The notes under the pieces were generated by a model. It saw only the letters and a program-made list of their open reading frames with translations, ran no database searches and had not been told where the DNA came from. Source: Octopus vulgaris (Eukaryota). Taken from it: a DNA stretch of 64,000 nt. A program made the position numbers and the translations under genes. The stretch is taken from contig OX597817.1 in assembly GCA_951406725.2 (NCBI GenBank), positions 99,510,001 through 99,574,000 of the forward strand, read 5' to 3'. Shown here piece by piece: positions 1-13,009 of the stretch (positions are counted from its first letter, which is position 1; the number at the start of each line of letters is the position of its first letter).

Positions 1-683
1 GGGAACGAAGAGCCAAGAGCTCATACATGCACATACATATATATGAATGTATATGTGTGTGCATATATATATATATATATATAATATATATATTACGACA
101 ATAAATTCATTTTAAGAATCTGAGTTGTCAAATAATACTCAGCGGTAGTCAAAAATAAGAAAGAAGCTAAAAAGGTATTACGATCCCCTTACTATATAAC
201 TACGAATTGATTATTTCTTTAAGTATTTTAAATATAAGATTTTTGAAAGTTATTATTTAGCCAACGAGATATAAAGATAGATAATTTGCTATAGCGTTCG
301 TTTAAGATTGTTTATTTGTATTTTTGAAATTAGCTATTTCATCTTTAAATATGAAAAATTAATTTATTAGGTCTTTATTATATGTGCGTATATATTTATT
401 TATAGAGATTATTTTAGATCTTAATTATAATATTTATATACATTTATATATTTTCATTGATAATTTATATATTATTTAAATTTTATATTTTAATAATATG
501 AATATTCATTTTTCTGTAAAAATTAATACTTAAAAATCAAAATTAATATTTAACATTATAATCGTTGTTTTGACATAATCATAATCGTTAAGTTTCTAGT
601 TTGATAATAGAGTTTTTTATAAGAAAATTTATTATATTATTTATTTCTTAAAAAATATCGTTTAAATATTTCTGATTATTTAT

Positions 684-805
684 TAAAATATTACAATTAA
701 CCTGAAGATTGACTGTAACCATAATTCGAATTATTAATTGAATTTAAATTATTGTTATTATTATTCGAATTGGTAACGGACATGAAACGATCGTAGTGTT
801 TTACT
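684..805 (+). ncRNA. Type I hammerhead ribozyme motif in an orphan PLE pseudo-LTR
   Basis: CTGAAGA (702-708), long imperfect stem II, GAAA (784-787), palindromic stem III CGATCG, TA; stem I is weak. Confidence 0.6.
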
Positions 806-1142
806 CTTTATCTTATATTAAACTTTTAATACTTTTTGATAGTTTAAAATTTAAAAATAAAATTTAAAAATAAATAAATAAAATAATAATAAATATATAT
901 ATATATATATATATATATTTAAAATTTATAAGTTTAATTTATTAATTTAAATAATTTTTAAAAATTTAAACTTTAATTTAAATATTTTAATTGGATTTTT
1001 ATATTTTATATTTTATATTTTTTATATTTTTTAATAAATTTTATTTCTATGTATTGGCTTATGATTTTCACTGTTTGATTTGCCTAATAGTGGTTTTATC
1101 TCTAATTTAATATAATATATATGTGTATATATATATATATAA

Positions 1143-1473
1143 ACAATTGCAGCGTGGAAGGTGTTTATAAGCCATTTAAGAAACACACAAAAGCCGTTCG
1201 ATTCACTTCAACATTTAAGTTTAATTTGTCAAAATATTTTCGTCGCTAAAATCCGCGACCTGTTCACTGATGCAGCACGGATTTTTGTTAGTAAACAGGT
1301 CGCGGATTTTAGCGACGAAAATATTTTGACAAATTAAACTTAAATGTTGAAATGAATCGAACGGCTTTTGTGTGTTTCTTAAATGGCTTATAAACACCTT
1401 CCACGCTGCAATTGTTTTCGTTTCAGCACACGATCTCAGATCAAATTACTTGCTATGCGAGTACATCTCCGTA

Positions 1474-1475
<2 letters not shown>
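1143..1475. repeat. Palindromic (fold-back) copy of the PLE1 terminus
   Basis: 1143-1270 is the reverse complement of ~1285-1415; same sequence as 1521-1650 and 5745-5935. Confidence 0.85.
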
Positions 1476-1525
<50 letters not shown>

Positions 1526-1602
1526 TGCAGCGTGGAAGGTGTTTATAAGCCATTTAAGAAACACACAAAAGCCGTTCGATTCACTTCAACATTTAAGTTT
1601 AA

Positions 1603-1652
1603 TTTGTCAAAATATTTTCGTCGCTAAAATCCGCGACCTGTTCACTGACAAA
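1603..1652 (-). ncRNA. Hammerhead-like motif with G3-C8 core (PLE1 left arm)
   Basis: Sense: tttgtca GTGAACA g gtcgc..gcgac GAAA ATAT TT tgacaaa. Confidence 0.6.
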
Positions 1653-2116
1653 AATCCGTGCTGCATCTGAGAAAGTAACAGTTAGTTCGTCATATATATG
1701 TACGTATGTATGTGTGTATGTATGCAATACATGTGTGTATGTATGTATGTACGTACATACGCCTGTGTATGCATGTATGTATGTATGTATGTATATATGT
1801 ATGTGTGTGTATATGCACGCACATACACACTATAAACATAAAGCTATAAACCTGTGGCGATGGATAGATGTAGAGTGACCACTCATCACAATAATATCAA
1901 ATTTCAACTTCCTCCCGCCGAAACCTGGAAGTGATTTATGACCCTTACTCCCAAAACTATACCATAAATCCTATTATCAGATATTTATCTCTATATCACA
2001 GAAATTTTTGTTTTACTATTGTGCGTATGTATGTATGTATGTGCGTATGTATGTATGTATGTGCGTATGTATGTATGTATGTATGTATGTATGTATGTAT
2101 GTATGTATGTGTGTAG

Positions 2117-2425
2117 GTATGTAGAAAAATACAACATGGACAAGAACGTATAACTCTTAGAAGACGACACAATAAACACGGACAGGACATTCGAAACCCT
2201 CAGTCTTCAGTCAAGAACCGGATCATCGTAGTAATTTCGGCTGATTAATCTTGAGATTACTAGATCACGGCCAGCCCTCCAAGAAAAACCAAGCAACGAG
2301 CATTAGAAAAACTAAGCTGGAAGCGTAGATTTCCTGGAAGAAGGATCGAATGCATACGAACACCAGGACAGCAAAAGGGACAGATATAAAAAAACAAAAA
2401 ACAATAATGGAATACAGAAACATGA
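2117..2425. mobile_element. Short repeat fragment inserted in the (TATG)n of the PLE1 left arm only
   Basis: Absent from the equivalent position of the right arm (~5230-5350). Confidence 0.55.
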
Positions 2426-2721
2426 AATACGTGTATGTACATACGTACGCATGTGCGTATGTATATGCGCACGTATGCATGTGCCCATGTATGTGTGTGC
2501 GTATGTACGTGTGTATGCCCATACGTCGGTATGTATGTATGTTTGTACTCATGTGCTACGTATGTATGTGAGTGTCTAGGAGAATGGGCAGACGTGTCTG
2601 TGAGAGTGTGTACATGTGTATGTGTATGTCCGTGTACTGACATGTCCGTGTACACATGTCCGTGTACTGACATGTGTCCGTCCAAGTTGTGTACATGACT
2701 GTTACTTTGTTGAAGATTAGT

Positions 2722-3048
2722 GAGGGCGCGTGGCTTAGTGGTTAGGGCATCGGCTCATGATCGTAAGGTTGTGAGTTCGATTCCCGGCGACGCGTTGTAT
2801 CCTTGAGCAAGACACTTTATTTCACGTTGCTCCAGTCCACTCAGCTGGCAAAAATGAGTTGTACTTGTATTTCAAAGGGTCAGCCTTGTCACTCTCTGTG
2901 TCACGCTGATTATCCCCGAGAACTACGTTAAGGGTACACGTGTCTGTGGAATGCTCAGCCATTTGCACGTTAATTTCACGAGCAAGCTGTTCCGTTGATC
3001 GTATCAGCTGGGACCCTCGTCGTCGTAACCGGCGGAGTCTTTTTTTTT
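2722..3048 (+). mobile_element. tRNA-derived SINE
   Basis: A box TGGCTTAGTGG, B box GTTCGATTCC, T-run end, TSD tttgttgaag(a/g)tt; empty site visible in the right arm at ~4990-5010. Confidence 0.9.
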
Positions 3049-3288
3049 TTTGTTGAAGGTTGTATACATATTCACATATATGTTTGTATAGACGCACACA
3101 CATATATATATATATATATGTGGGTGTGTGTTTGTTCCTCTCATCACCGTCTAACTGTGAATGGATACAACACCTAAGTGCAACTGTACGTATCAAATAA
3201 CGTACACTCATACGGTTATATATAACTGCACATACGCATTGCAACCTGTATGTAAGGACTACAAGTAAACGAGAGAGAGAGAGGGGGG

Positions 3289-4290
3289 TTATAGAATAGT
3301 CCTTCTGAACGTGATCTGGATGTTACTCCATTCGGACTTTCGGTTGAGAGTAGGTTTGTATTCTTGTATACAAACAGCTTCTGTGACCTGTCTCAACATT
3401 GCATCGGTGGGATGTGTTGATAGGATGTTCAACTTAAGTTTCCCTAAGGATCTTTGTGGCAGTCTACAGCATGTTGGTAGAAGATGGAGTTTGGCTTCCT
3501 TTCAATGTAGTTGTCCAGGTGTTCTTTGAACCTATCATTGATGCTTCTAGAAGTCTCACCTATGTATGACTCTGGGTTAGTCGCACAAGCTCCCTCCTGG
3601 CACTTAATCTGGTATACAGTGCCCTTGGTTTTGCAATTTACATGTGGATTTGTCGAACATACTGCACAATTACTTTGACAAGTGATTCTACCAAATGGAT
3701 ATGATCTGCATAATGCCGATTTGATAGTCCTACCTGTCTTTTCTACAACTTTAATTTTTAGGCCCGTAGTGCGCAGGATTTTCTTGAATGCCTTACTTAG
3801 CTCGTTCTTAGGTGTGACGTCAACGAACATTACTCCGTGAAATCTCCTGTTATCGTACCAAGTAACGTTTCTCATCCTTTTGTTGGTGTCCCTCTCTAAC
3901 CTATTCCAGAACTTGTTGCAGTATAGGGGGCATATACCGTTTTCGTCGTTCCTTAGAATTCGTTCGAATCTACCTTTCGTTCTTTTGTACACCCTGACTC
4001 TATCGTCTTGTGTGTATCCGGAGCGTTGCATTTGGAATATGTAGTGCTGGATGTGTTGTTGTCGTTCTTGTGGTTGGCATAGTGGTGATACATTCCTCAT
4101 TACTTTAATTAAGTCTGCCACTAGGATGTTGAGTTTGGCAGTATTCGACATAGCTGAGTCACTACGGATTACTAGTGGATTAGCCATCGGTTTCTGATAG
4201 TTTGAGTGGAGTATACAGGGTTTAATGGTTCCATTAACCATAGCATCTTCCATCCATAGCTCAGTATCTAGGACAGGTAATCGTTTACTG
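3289..4290 (-). pseudogene. PLE1 RT C-terminus plus GIY-YIG endonuclease (frameshift near 3444)
   Basis: TVYQIKC...SYIGETSRSINDRFKEH motif; ORF 3444-4253. Confidence 0.85.
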
Positions 4291-4313
4291 GGGTGTTTAG
4301 AGGGGTAGTCTAT

Positions 4314-4760
4314 GGTAGGACTATCAAATCGGCATTATGCAGATCATATCCATTTGGTAGAATCACCTGTCAAAGTAATTGTGCAGTATGTTCGACAAAT
4401 CTACATGTAAATTGCAAAACCAAGGGCACTGTATACCAGATTAAGTGCCAGGAGGGAGCTTGTGCGACTAACCCAGAGTCATACATAGGTGAGACTTCTA
4501 GAAGCATCAATGATAGGTTCAAAGAATACCTGGACAACTACATTGAAAGGAAGCCAAACTCCATCTTCTACCAACATGCTGTAGACTGCCACAAAGGATC
4601 CTTAGGGAAACTTAAGTTGAACATCCTATCAACACATCCCACCGATGCAATGTTGAGACAGGTCACAGAAGCTGTTTGTATACAAGAATACAAACCTACT
4701 CTCAACCGAAAGTCCGAATGGAGTAACATCCAGATCCCATTCAGAAGGACTATTCTATAA
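4314..4760 (+). pseudogene. Inverted duplicate of the PLE1 GIY-YIG domain
   Basis: ORF 4293-4760 is near identical to the minus-strand endonuclease, ending ...EAVCIQEYKPTLNRKSEW. Confidence 0.85.
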
Positions 4761-5746
4761 ACACCCCTCTCTCTCTCTCTCGTTTACTTGTAGTCCTTAC
4801 ATACAGGTTGCAATGCGTATGTGCAGTTATATATAACCGTATGAGCGTACGTTGTTTGATACGTACAGTTGCACTTAGGCGTTGTATCCATTCACAGTTC
4901 GACGGTGATGAGAGGAACAAACACACACTCACGCATATATATATATATATATATGTGTGTGCGTCTATACAAACATATATGTGAATATGTATACAACCTT
5001 CAACAAAGTAACAGTCATGTACACAACTTGGACGGACACATGCCAGTACACGGACATACGTCCACATACACATACACATGTACACACTCTCACAGACACG
5101 TCTGCCCATTCTCCTAGACACTCACATACATACGTAGCACATGAGTACAAACATACATACATACATACCTACGTATGGGCATACACACGTACATACGCAC
5201 ACACATACATGGGCACATGCATACGTGCGCGTATACATACATACGCACATGCGTACGTATGTACATACATACATACATACATACATACATACATACATAC
5301 ATACATACATACATACATACATACATACATACATACGCACATACATACATACATACGCACAATAGTAAAACAAAAATTTCTGTGATATAGAGATAAATAT
5401 CTGATAATAGGATTTAGGGTATAGTTTTGGGAGTAAGGGTCATAAATCACTTCAGGCTTCGGCGGGGGGAAGTTGAAATTTGATATTATTGTGATGAGTG
5501 GTCACTCTACATCTATCCATCGCTACAGGTTTATAGCTTTATGTTTATAGTGTGTATGTGCGTGCATATACACACACATACATATATACATACATACATA
5601 CATACATACATACATACATACATACACAGGCGTATGTACGTACATGCATACATACATACATACACACATGTATGCATACATACACACATACATACGTACA
5701 TATATATGACGAACTAACTGTTACTTTCTCAGATGCAGCACGGATT

Positions 5747-5796
5747 TTTGTCAGTGAACAGGTCGCGGATTTTAGCGACGAAAATATTTTGACAAA
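5747..5796 (+). ncRNA. Hammerhead-like motif with G3-C8 core (PLE1 right arm)
   Basis: tttgtca/tgacaaa stem I, GTGAACA core, gtcgc/gcgac stem II, GAAA, palindromic AATATT stem III. Confidence 0.6.
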
Positions 5797-6054
5797 TTAA
5801 ACTTAAATGTTGAAGTGAATCGAACGGCTTTTGTGTGTTTCTTAAATGGCTTATAAACACCTTCCACGCTGCAATTGTTTTCGTTTCAGCATACGATCTC
5901 AGATCAAATTACTTGCTATGCGAGTACATCTCCGTAATATATATATATTTATATATATATATATATATGTGTGTGTGTATATATATATATATGTGTGTGT
6001 ATGTGTGTGTGTGTATGTATGTATGTATGTTTTTTTTGGGGGGGGGGGGGGGTT

Positions 6055-7656
6055 GTAGTTTCAGCTCAGAGCTGCGGCCATGCCGATGCACCGCCGTTTT
6101 GTGCTACACTGTTATTACGACGAACCACGTCTAATATGTGGCACTTGGTGAAGAATGGAGTTTGATACAGCTACTCTCATTTGCACCTCTTGCCGTGAGG
6201 TAGGTTCATCTGGGACTCTTGAGAGGAAGATGTCCAGCTTTGATTTAAAAACCGCTACATCTACTTTGTGTAAGTTCCTCAGACTCTTTGGGAGAATATT
6301 AAAAAGCTGTGGGCCCTTGAGACCCAGGCTGTTGCAGAAGCTGGTCCTGAAGCGTGATGGCATTGCTGGGATCTTTGGCATTATGCAGTGTCATCCCGTT
6401 CTAGCATTGGTGTAGCTTACAATGCCAAAATTTGGCACAATTCCTTCCAGGATCTTCCAGACATATATTATTGCATACCTCTCCCGTCTTCTCTCCAGAG
6501 AGTAGAGTCTTAGCTGTTTCAACTTTTCCCAGTAGCTGAGCTGTTGCAAAGAGACGATCTTCTTTGTGAATCTTCTCTGGATTGCTTCAAGGTCCGCTGT
6601 TAAATTTACACTGGTGGATGACCATAGCTGTGAGCAGTAATCCAGGCGACTGAGGACGAATGTCCGCCAGAGGACCATCATGGTTTCCTTATCTCTGGTA
6701 CTGAATGTTCTTAGGATCCATCCAGCCAGTCGTCTGCACTTTGTCGCCATCCTGGTAATGTGCACTTGGAAAGAGGTATCATCACTCATGTCGATACCCA
6801 GGTCCCTCACAGACTTAGGCTCTGGGATTGAAATTCCCTGTGGACCGGTGTATCCTGTAAGTTTAATATTCAGTTTTGGATGCTGGTAGCGCAGGGCCTG
6901 GAATTTTTCAGCATTAAACTGCATATTATTATCCTCAGCCCATCTGTAGATTGAGTCCAACTCCTGCTGGGGTTCTGTATTTTCTGCGAGACTTTCGTAT
7001 CGTCTGCATAGCTGGCCAGAGTGGCTATCCGGGCATTTGAGTTCATATCTGAGAGGGCCACTATAAAAAGCAGTGGTCCCAAGACAGTGCCCTGTGGAAC
7101 ACCGCTCACTATTTGTGTGTTCATAGAGGTGGCTCCATTAACCACTACTGCCTGACTCCTATCTTTCAGGAAGTCATGCAACCACACTCCAAGTTTTCCA
7201 GCTATGCTGAGGTCATGTAGTTTGTGGCATATCATACCATGATCCACCTTGTCAAAAGCTTTTGCAAAATCAAGGTAGATTACGTCCACATTTGATTTGT
7301 TGAGTAACTGCCTCAACACCCAGTCATAATGCTGTAAGAGCTGGGTCAGGCAGCTCCTACCTGGTCGAAAACCATGCTAGGTATTACTCGGCAAGTTATT
7401 TTCCTCAAGGAATGCGATTAGTTTCTTTCTGACTATCCGTTCCATGACTTTGCTGATGTGTGAAGTCAGAGAGATAGGTCAATAGTTTTTGGGATCTGCT
7501 ATACCTCCCCCTTTATGTATTGGGCATATTATTCCCTCCTTCAGCTTGCTTGGCAGTTTGCCATTCGCAAGAAAGCTCTGGAAGAGAATCTTGAGGGGTT
7601 TTGCCAGAGCATGCTTACACGCTTTGAGGAGGATGGCTGGGAAACCGTCTGGACCA
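6055..7656 (-). mobile_element. 5'-truncated CR1-group LINE (RT region, frameshifted)
   Basis: YLDFAKAFDKVDH, GVPQGTVLGPLLF, YADD, SLERRRERY; same family as 55967-61300. Confidence 0.9.
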
Positions 7657-7689
7657 TATATATGTATATATATATATATGTGTATATAT

Positions 7690-9300
7690 GGAAAAAAAAG
7701 TCAAGATAGAAAATGCTAAAATAATTTTATAAAAAACATTTCAGTACCAGTTTCAGTCATTGAGACTTTTTCAACTGTACCAATTAAACAATTAAATTTA
7801 GAAAAATTAAAAGAAAAGTTGTTTTAAAGAATATTTGTATAGTGTTCAACTAAAAGTGGCATTTTCCTTGTTTCTGCCTGTCTCTGTCTCTCTTGTTTAC
7901 TCTTGTGGGTTCTTGGTAGGGAAGAAGGAGGAGGATAAAAAAAGAAGAAGAAGAAGAAGAAGAAGAAGAAGAAGAAGAAGAAGAAGAAGAAAGATAAGGG
8001 GGAATAAGAAGGAAAGTGGGTAGCGTGAAAGTAGTAAGGTGTTAAATGTTTAAATGACTTAAAATTGGCACGTTATGGATTATAGCAGTGATTGGGATTG
8101 TTTTTTAATGAATTCTTGGGAATCTCTGGAGTGTATCATTTTTAATATTTGCGTGTGTATTTGTGTTATTCTAAGGCCAAGGTGGATATGTCATTTGTCG
8201 GAGACACGTTCAGAAGGGGCCTGTATTTTGTAATAAAGAGAGTCTCTTTACTAATTCGTTGGCTCCATGTTGTATCGTCCCTGAATTGGTAGAGGGGAAA
8301 AATTCTGAATCTTGGATTTTTGTTATTGGTGCAAATGTCTATGTGTTGGCTGAATGCTATTTTTCTGTTTTGGGGAATTTTTATCTGGGATCTGTGTAGG
8401 GCCATTCTTTTACGTAGACTGTTTTTGTTTGGCCTATGTATTGCTCTTGACACCCAGAGCAGGTTAGTGCATATATCAGGTTCTCCGAAGCACATGTGAC
8501 GTTGGTTTTCACTGTGAAACGGTGTCCCTATTTGAAGGAGAACTCTGATCCCCCAATTAGATAATCGCATATCCCACAATTGGGTCTCCCACATTTTTTA
8601 CTGACGGCTTCTGTATTGTTGAGCGTATTCGGGCTTGTGTTAGGAGACTTTTCATAGATTTGGGCTGTCTCTTGCTTTTTATGATGGTGTGTGTTTGGAG
8701 GATTAAGTTCATTCTGTGGTCCTTTTTTAGCAGAGGTATGTTTTGGAAGATGGTGTCGAAGGCTTCATTGTTGAGAGGGTTATGTGTGGAGATGTATGGT
8801 AGGGCTTTTGGTTGTAAATTTTTCTTTAATTTGAGATGTCTGAGTTCCTGGATATTGAGTTGAAAATGCCAATTAGTGAAGGTGGGTAGTTCCTGGTGAT
8901 GAGTGTATCTTTTAGTTCGTGTAGTCGTGTGTCTCTGGTGTTTGCATTAGAAACTGTAGTACATATCCTTTTTGCTAGGTTGAAGGGGATATTCATTCTG
9001 GTGTGTCAGGGGTGGCATGAATTGAATGGTAGATATTGCTTGGAATCTACGTTGTTAGATTTCTTAATGAAGTTGTCGAGGAAGGGGAGTTGTTGCTGGC
9101 TATATTCCATCGTGAATTGAATGTTTACGTCAAGTCCATTTAAAAGTGCTTGGAATTCTTTAAGTTTCTCTATATTTTCATGCCAAAGAATGAAACAGTC
9201 ATCTAGGTATCTCTTCCAGTTATTTTCTGTGTAGAGGGAGAAAGGGCTGCCGTATCTTTCTAGAACCTTACAATAAAGACTAATTTCTAGATATGCCATG
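7690..9300 (-). mobile_element. Degenerate Penelope-like element PLE2 (Neptune-like)
   Basis: RT motif WKRYLDDCFILW, QLPFLD, QYLPFNSCHP; endonuclease remnant SLRKRMALHRSQI; hammerhead downstream. Confidence 0.85.
7742..7777 (-). ncRNA. Minimal hammerhead motif with U3-A8 core (PLE2 3' pLTR)
   Basis: Sense: cag TTGAAAA agtc tcaat gact GAAA CTGG TA ctg. Confidence 0.65.
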
Positions 9301-9462
9301 ACTAGGTTAGCAATTTATACCAATCTCATTTTCCCTATTTTTTCCTATTTTTCTCTAATGATGGAATATCCCATACTCGGGGTTATCCCAGAATCAACTG
9401 TAAGGCTTTCAGGTGTTTGCCTTGCTTTAATGTTTGTTGTCCGATTTAACAACTATACACAC

Positions 9463-9495
<33 letters not shown>

Positions 9496-9516
9496 AAGAG
9501 AGAGAGAGAAAGATAG

Positions 9517-9553
<37 letters not shown>

Positions 9554-9641
9554 CATATTCATATATAGATATATATATGTATATATATATGTATATATAT
9601 ATGTATATATATGTATATATATCTATATATCTATCTATCTA

Positions 9642-9691
<50 letters not shown>

Positions 9692-9702
9692 CATATATAT
9701 AT

Positions 9703-9794
9703 ATTAAATTAGAGATAAAACCACTGTTAGGCAAATTAAACTTTTTAATACTTTTTGATTGTTATATTTATTAAAAAAATTAAATTGAATAATA

Positions 9795-9879
<85 letters not shown>

Positions 9880-9907
9880 TTAAAAATAATAAAAAAATAT
9901 ATATATA

Positions 9908-9955
<48 letters not shown>

Positions 9956-10201
9956 TTATAAGTATAAATTATTAATTTAAATATTTTTTTAATTTTGACT
10001 TTAAATTTAAATTATTTAAATTTTGAATTTTATATTTTATATATTTTATTAATTAATTTTATTTCTATGTATTGGTTTATGCTTTTCACTGTTTGATTTG
10101 CCTAATAGTGGTTTTATCTCTAATTTGATATATATATTTATACTGTAAAATTAGATTTAATCCTAAATCTAATTTTTCCCTGTAAGTTTGGATTAACTCC
10201 C

Positions 10202-10205
<4 letters not shown>
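9703..10205. repeat. Inverted pair of short repeat termini (probable PLE pLTR ends) around (AAT)n/(TA)n
   Basis: attaaattagagataaaaccactgttaggcaaat at ~9703 with its reverse complement at ~10090-10125; further copies at ~1050-1110 and ~20420-20570. Confidence 0.55.
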
Positions 10206-10260
<55 letters not shown>

Positions 10261-10595
10261 ATATATATATATATGTGTGTGTATACATATATATACACAC
10301 AGAGACACACACACACACGCACACAAACACACACGGACACACAGAGACACACACACACCTCCACAAAACGATCATACAAAGTAGAAGAGTTCTTAGACCC
10401 CCAAATGGCATTTGACCATCCTCAAAATCATAAAAGGTGTAATTAATGGCCTGCCTACCCACCAACACACACTCAGTGACACCAAAATGGACAAAAAGCT
10501 AAAATTCTTAAAACTCCCTTGTGGGTCAAACAGGCCAAAGGAAATCCTTCTTCTTCTTCCCTCTCCCGTCCCCTCTTTCTCTTTAGCCTCAGATA

Positions 10596-10652
<57 letters not shown>

Positions 10653-10918
10653 ATACACACATGTTCTCTCTCACTTCCTCCTCATCCACTTCACCCTCTT
10701 GTACTGTCTTGTTCCTCCCCACAAATACGAAACTCTATAAAATGATTAAATTCCCCACAAAGGAATTAATTTGATTTGAAAACCCCACTAGAATGGGAGA
10801 AAGTGCTAATAATCTGAATGATATGATCTGAATGATATGATATATATATGTAAAAAATGTAATATATAAATAAATATCTATAAATATGAACCATCCGATC
10901 TTCTGATTATCTCATTTC

Positions 10919-11057
<139 letters not shown>

Positions 11058-11107
11058 TTAGTGAATTGAAGAAATGGAGCTGAACGAAGATTGAACAGAA
11101 ATCATTT

Positions 11108-11200
11108 TATTTCATTCTACACGTGTTTCGAAAGGCACAATTTACCAAAATCCGATTGAATAATGAGACCATATTGTGTCTTTCTCTTCAGGAAGAAATA
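11108..11200 (-). ncRNA. Type I hammerhead ribozyme (inverted copy)
   Basis: Reverse complement of 12488-12580. Confidence 0.8.
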
Positions 11201-11382
11201 GGAAATCCGTTGGAAAAAACAAAAACAGAACAGAGGCGGAGCAAAACAAATCGAACTAGGCTCCTAAGAGCCCATGGTCAAACTGTTTATCAGTGTATGT
11301 TGAGAACGGGTGGTGGGTGCGTTGAAGATTTTAACGGGTCAGGCAGCGGTCATTCCTGTGGGTGAGGGCACGGGGTGTGTAG

Positions 11383-11823
11383 ATGTTCTTTGTGACCGAG
11401 AGTAAAGTTCTGACTATTCAAAGAATATTGGATGTATTTTATGGGGCGAGACAAAATCTACTTGGTAAACAATGCAAGGTTTACACGGACTCAGATGTCT
11501 ACGCCTATGTAGGGGCCTCATCGTCAAGATTGGCTTTACGAATCTCCAACCATTACGCAACTTTTCGGGACATGAATAAAGGCCAGACCACGGGATTCAG
11601 CAAGCTAATATGGCGATTGAAGAATACGAACTCAAGCTACAGGCTGGAATGGTCAATTTTGTCGGTGGCCCTCCCATTTGATAGGGGCAGAAGGAAGTGC
11701 AACCTTTGTGTCTCCGAACTCTTCCATATATTGTTCGCCAGAGACCGGATGGTAAACGGACTTTTACAGTCGGCTTTTCGATGCCCCCATTGGCGGCGTT
11801 ATACTTATCTTGCTTATAAATAA
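11383..11823 (+). pseudogene. GIY-YIG endonuclease C-terminal fragment of PLE3
   Basis: YAYVGASS..RISNH..F, FSKLIWRLK, WSIL, KCNLCVSE motifs match the endonuclease at 18425-18856; first ~27 codons derive from the inverted arm. Confidence 0.75.
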
Positions 11824-12487
11824 CGCTTATAAATAATACCTGCACCTGGTTACACTACTTATATGAAAATTTCTGAAAAAGCCTTTAAGAGAGATATGAT
11901 TAACCACTGCAAGGGGAATTACTCCTGTGAGATGAATGGGGCTTTGTTTGTGACGACGGGGGGTTTCTTTGACAAGGCATGATTAGACGAACACACGCAC
12001 ACATAAAACATAAAATATTTTTCTGCCGCCCGACGGTTTTTACTGCAGTGACCATTGTGTAGAGCTGTTTAACAACTGACAGCCGCGCGATCAAACGCAC
12101 ACACGTACACGCAAAAAATGTTTTCTACCCCTTGACGGAGTTCTCAGCAGAAACCAGAAAATAGCGCTTCTTACCAACTTGCGCCAGCACACATATATAG
12201 AACAGTAAACACACACATGTCTCTAAGTAGATTTTGTCTCGCCCCATAAAATACATCTAATATTCTTTGAATAGTCAGAACTTTACTCTCGGTCACAAAG
12301 AACATCTACACGCCCCGTGCCCTCACCCACAGGAATGACCGCTGCCTGACCCGTTAAAATCTTCAACGCACCCACCACCCGTTCTCAACATACACTGATA
12401 AACAGTTTGACCATGGGCTCTTAGGAGCGTAGTTCGATTTGTTTTGCTCCGCCTCTGTTCTGTTTTTGTTTTTTCCAACGGATTTCC

Positions 12488-12580
12488 TATTTCTTCCTGA
12501 AGAGAAAGACACAATATGGTCTCATTATTCAATCGGATTTTGGTAAATTGTGCCTTTCGAAACACGTGTAGAATGAAATA
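12488..12580 (+). ncRNA. Type I hammerhead ribozyme, canonical core
   Basis: tatttcttc CTGAAGA gaaagacacaat..attgtgcctttc GAAA CACGTG TA gaatgaaata. Confidence 0.85.
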
Positions 12581-12785
12581 AAACGATTTCTGTTCAATCT
12601 TCGTTCAGCTCCATTTCTTCAATTCACTAATAATATTAAAATTCAATTATCCGCACCAACGCACGGTTGCAACACCATATGGTTGTACCTCCAACCGTGC
12701 TGTCCTCTGCTGTGATTTTTGCTACCAAGGTATCGGTTAAACTTTTGATTAATCTGCTACAAGATTATTCATCTTTCTATTTCAC

Positions 12786-12830
<45 letters not shown>

Positions 12831-12897
12831 GTATATATGTATATATATATATATACATATATATATATGTATATATATATATGTATATATGTATATG

Positions 12898-12952
<55 letters not shown>

Positions 12953-13009
12953 GTGTATATATGTGTATATATATGTATATATATGTATATATTTGTATAT
13001 ATATATATG

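Larger units (their letters stand above)
1521..5935 (-). mobile_element. Penelope-like element PLE1, 5'-truncated, with a long inverted duplication of its 3' part
   Basis: Arms ~1521-3734 and ~4314-5877 are reverse complements; RT C-terminus plus GIY-YIG endonuclease ORF; flanked by (TA)n. Confidence 0.9.

Noticed and set aside
2180-2225. Possible hammerhead (minus: CTGAAGA ctgagggtttc GAAT)
   Set aside because: Lacks GAAA and convincing stems II and III
2722-2800. tRNA gene (also ~16100-16172 and ~43890-43958)
   Set aside because: tRNA-like heads continue into SINE bodies; no complete cloverleaf
11123-12565. Two near-identical 80-aa ORFs on opposite strands
   Set aside because: By-product of the inverted pLTR arms; they overlap the ribozyme and show no protein motif
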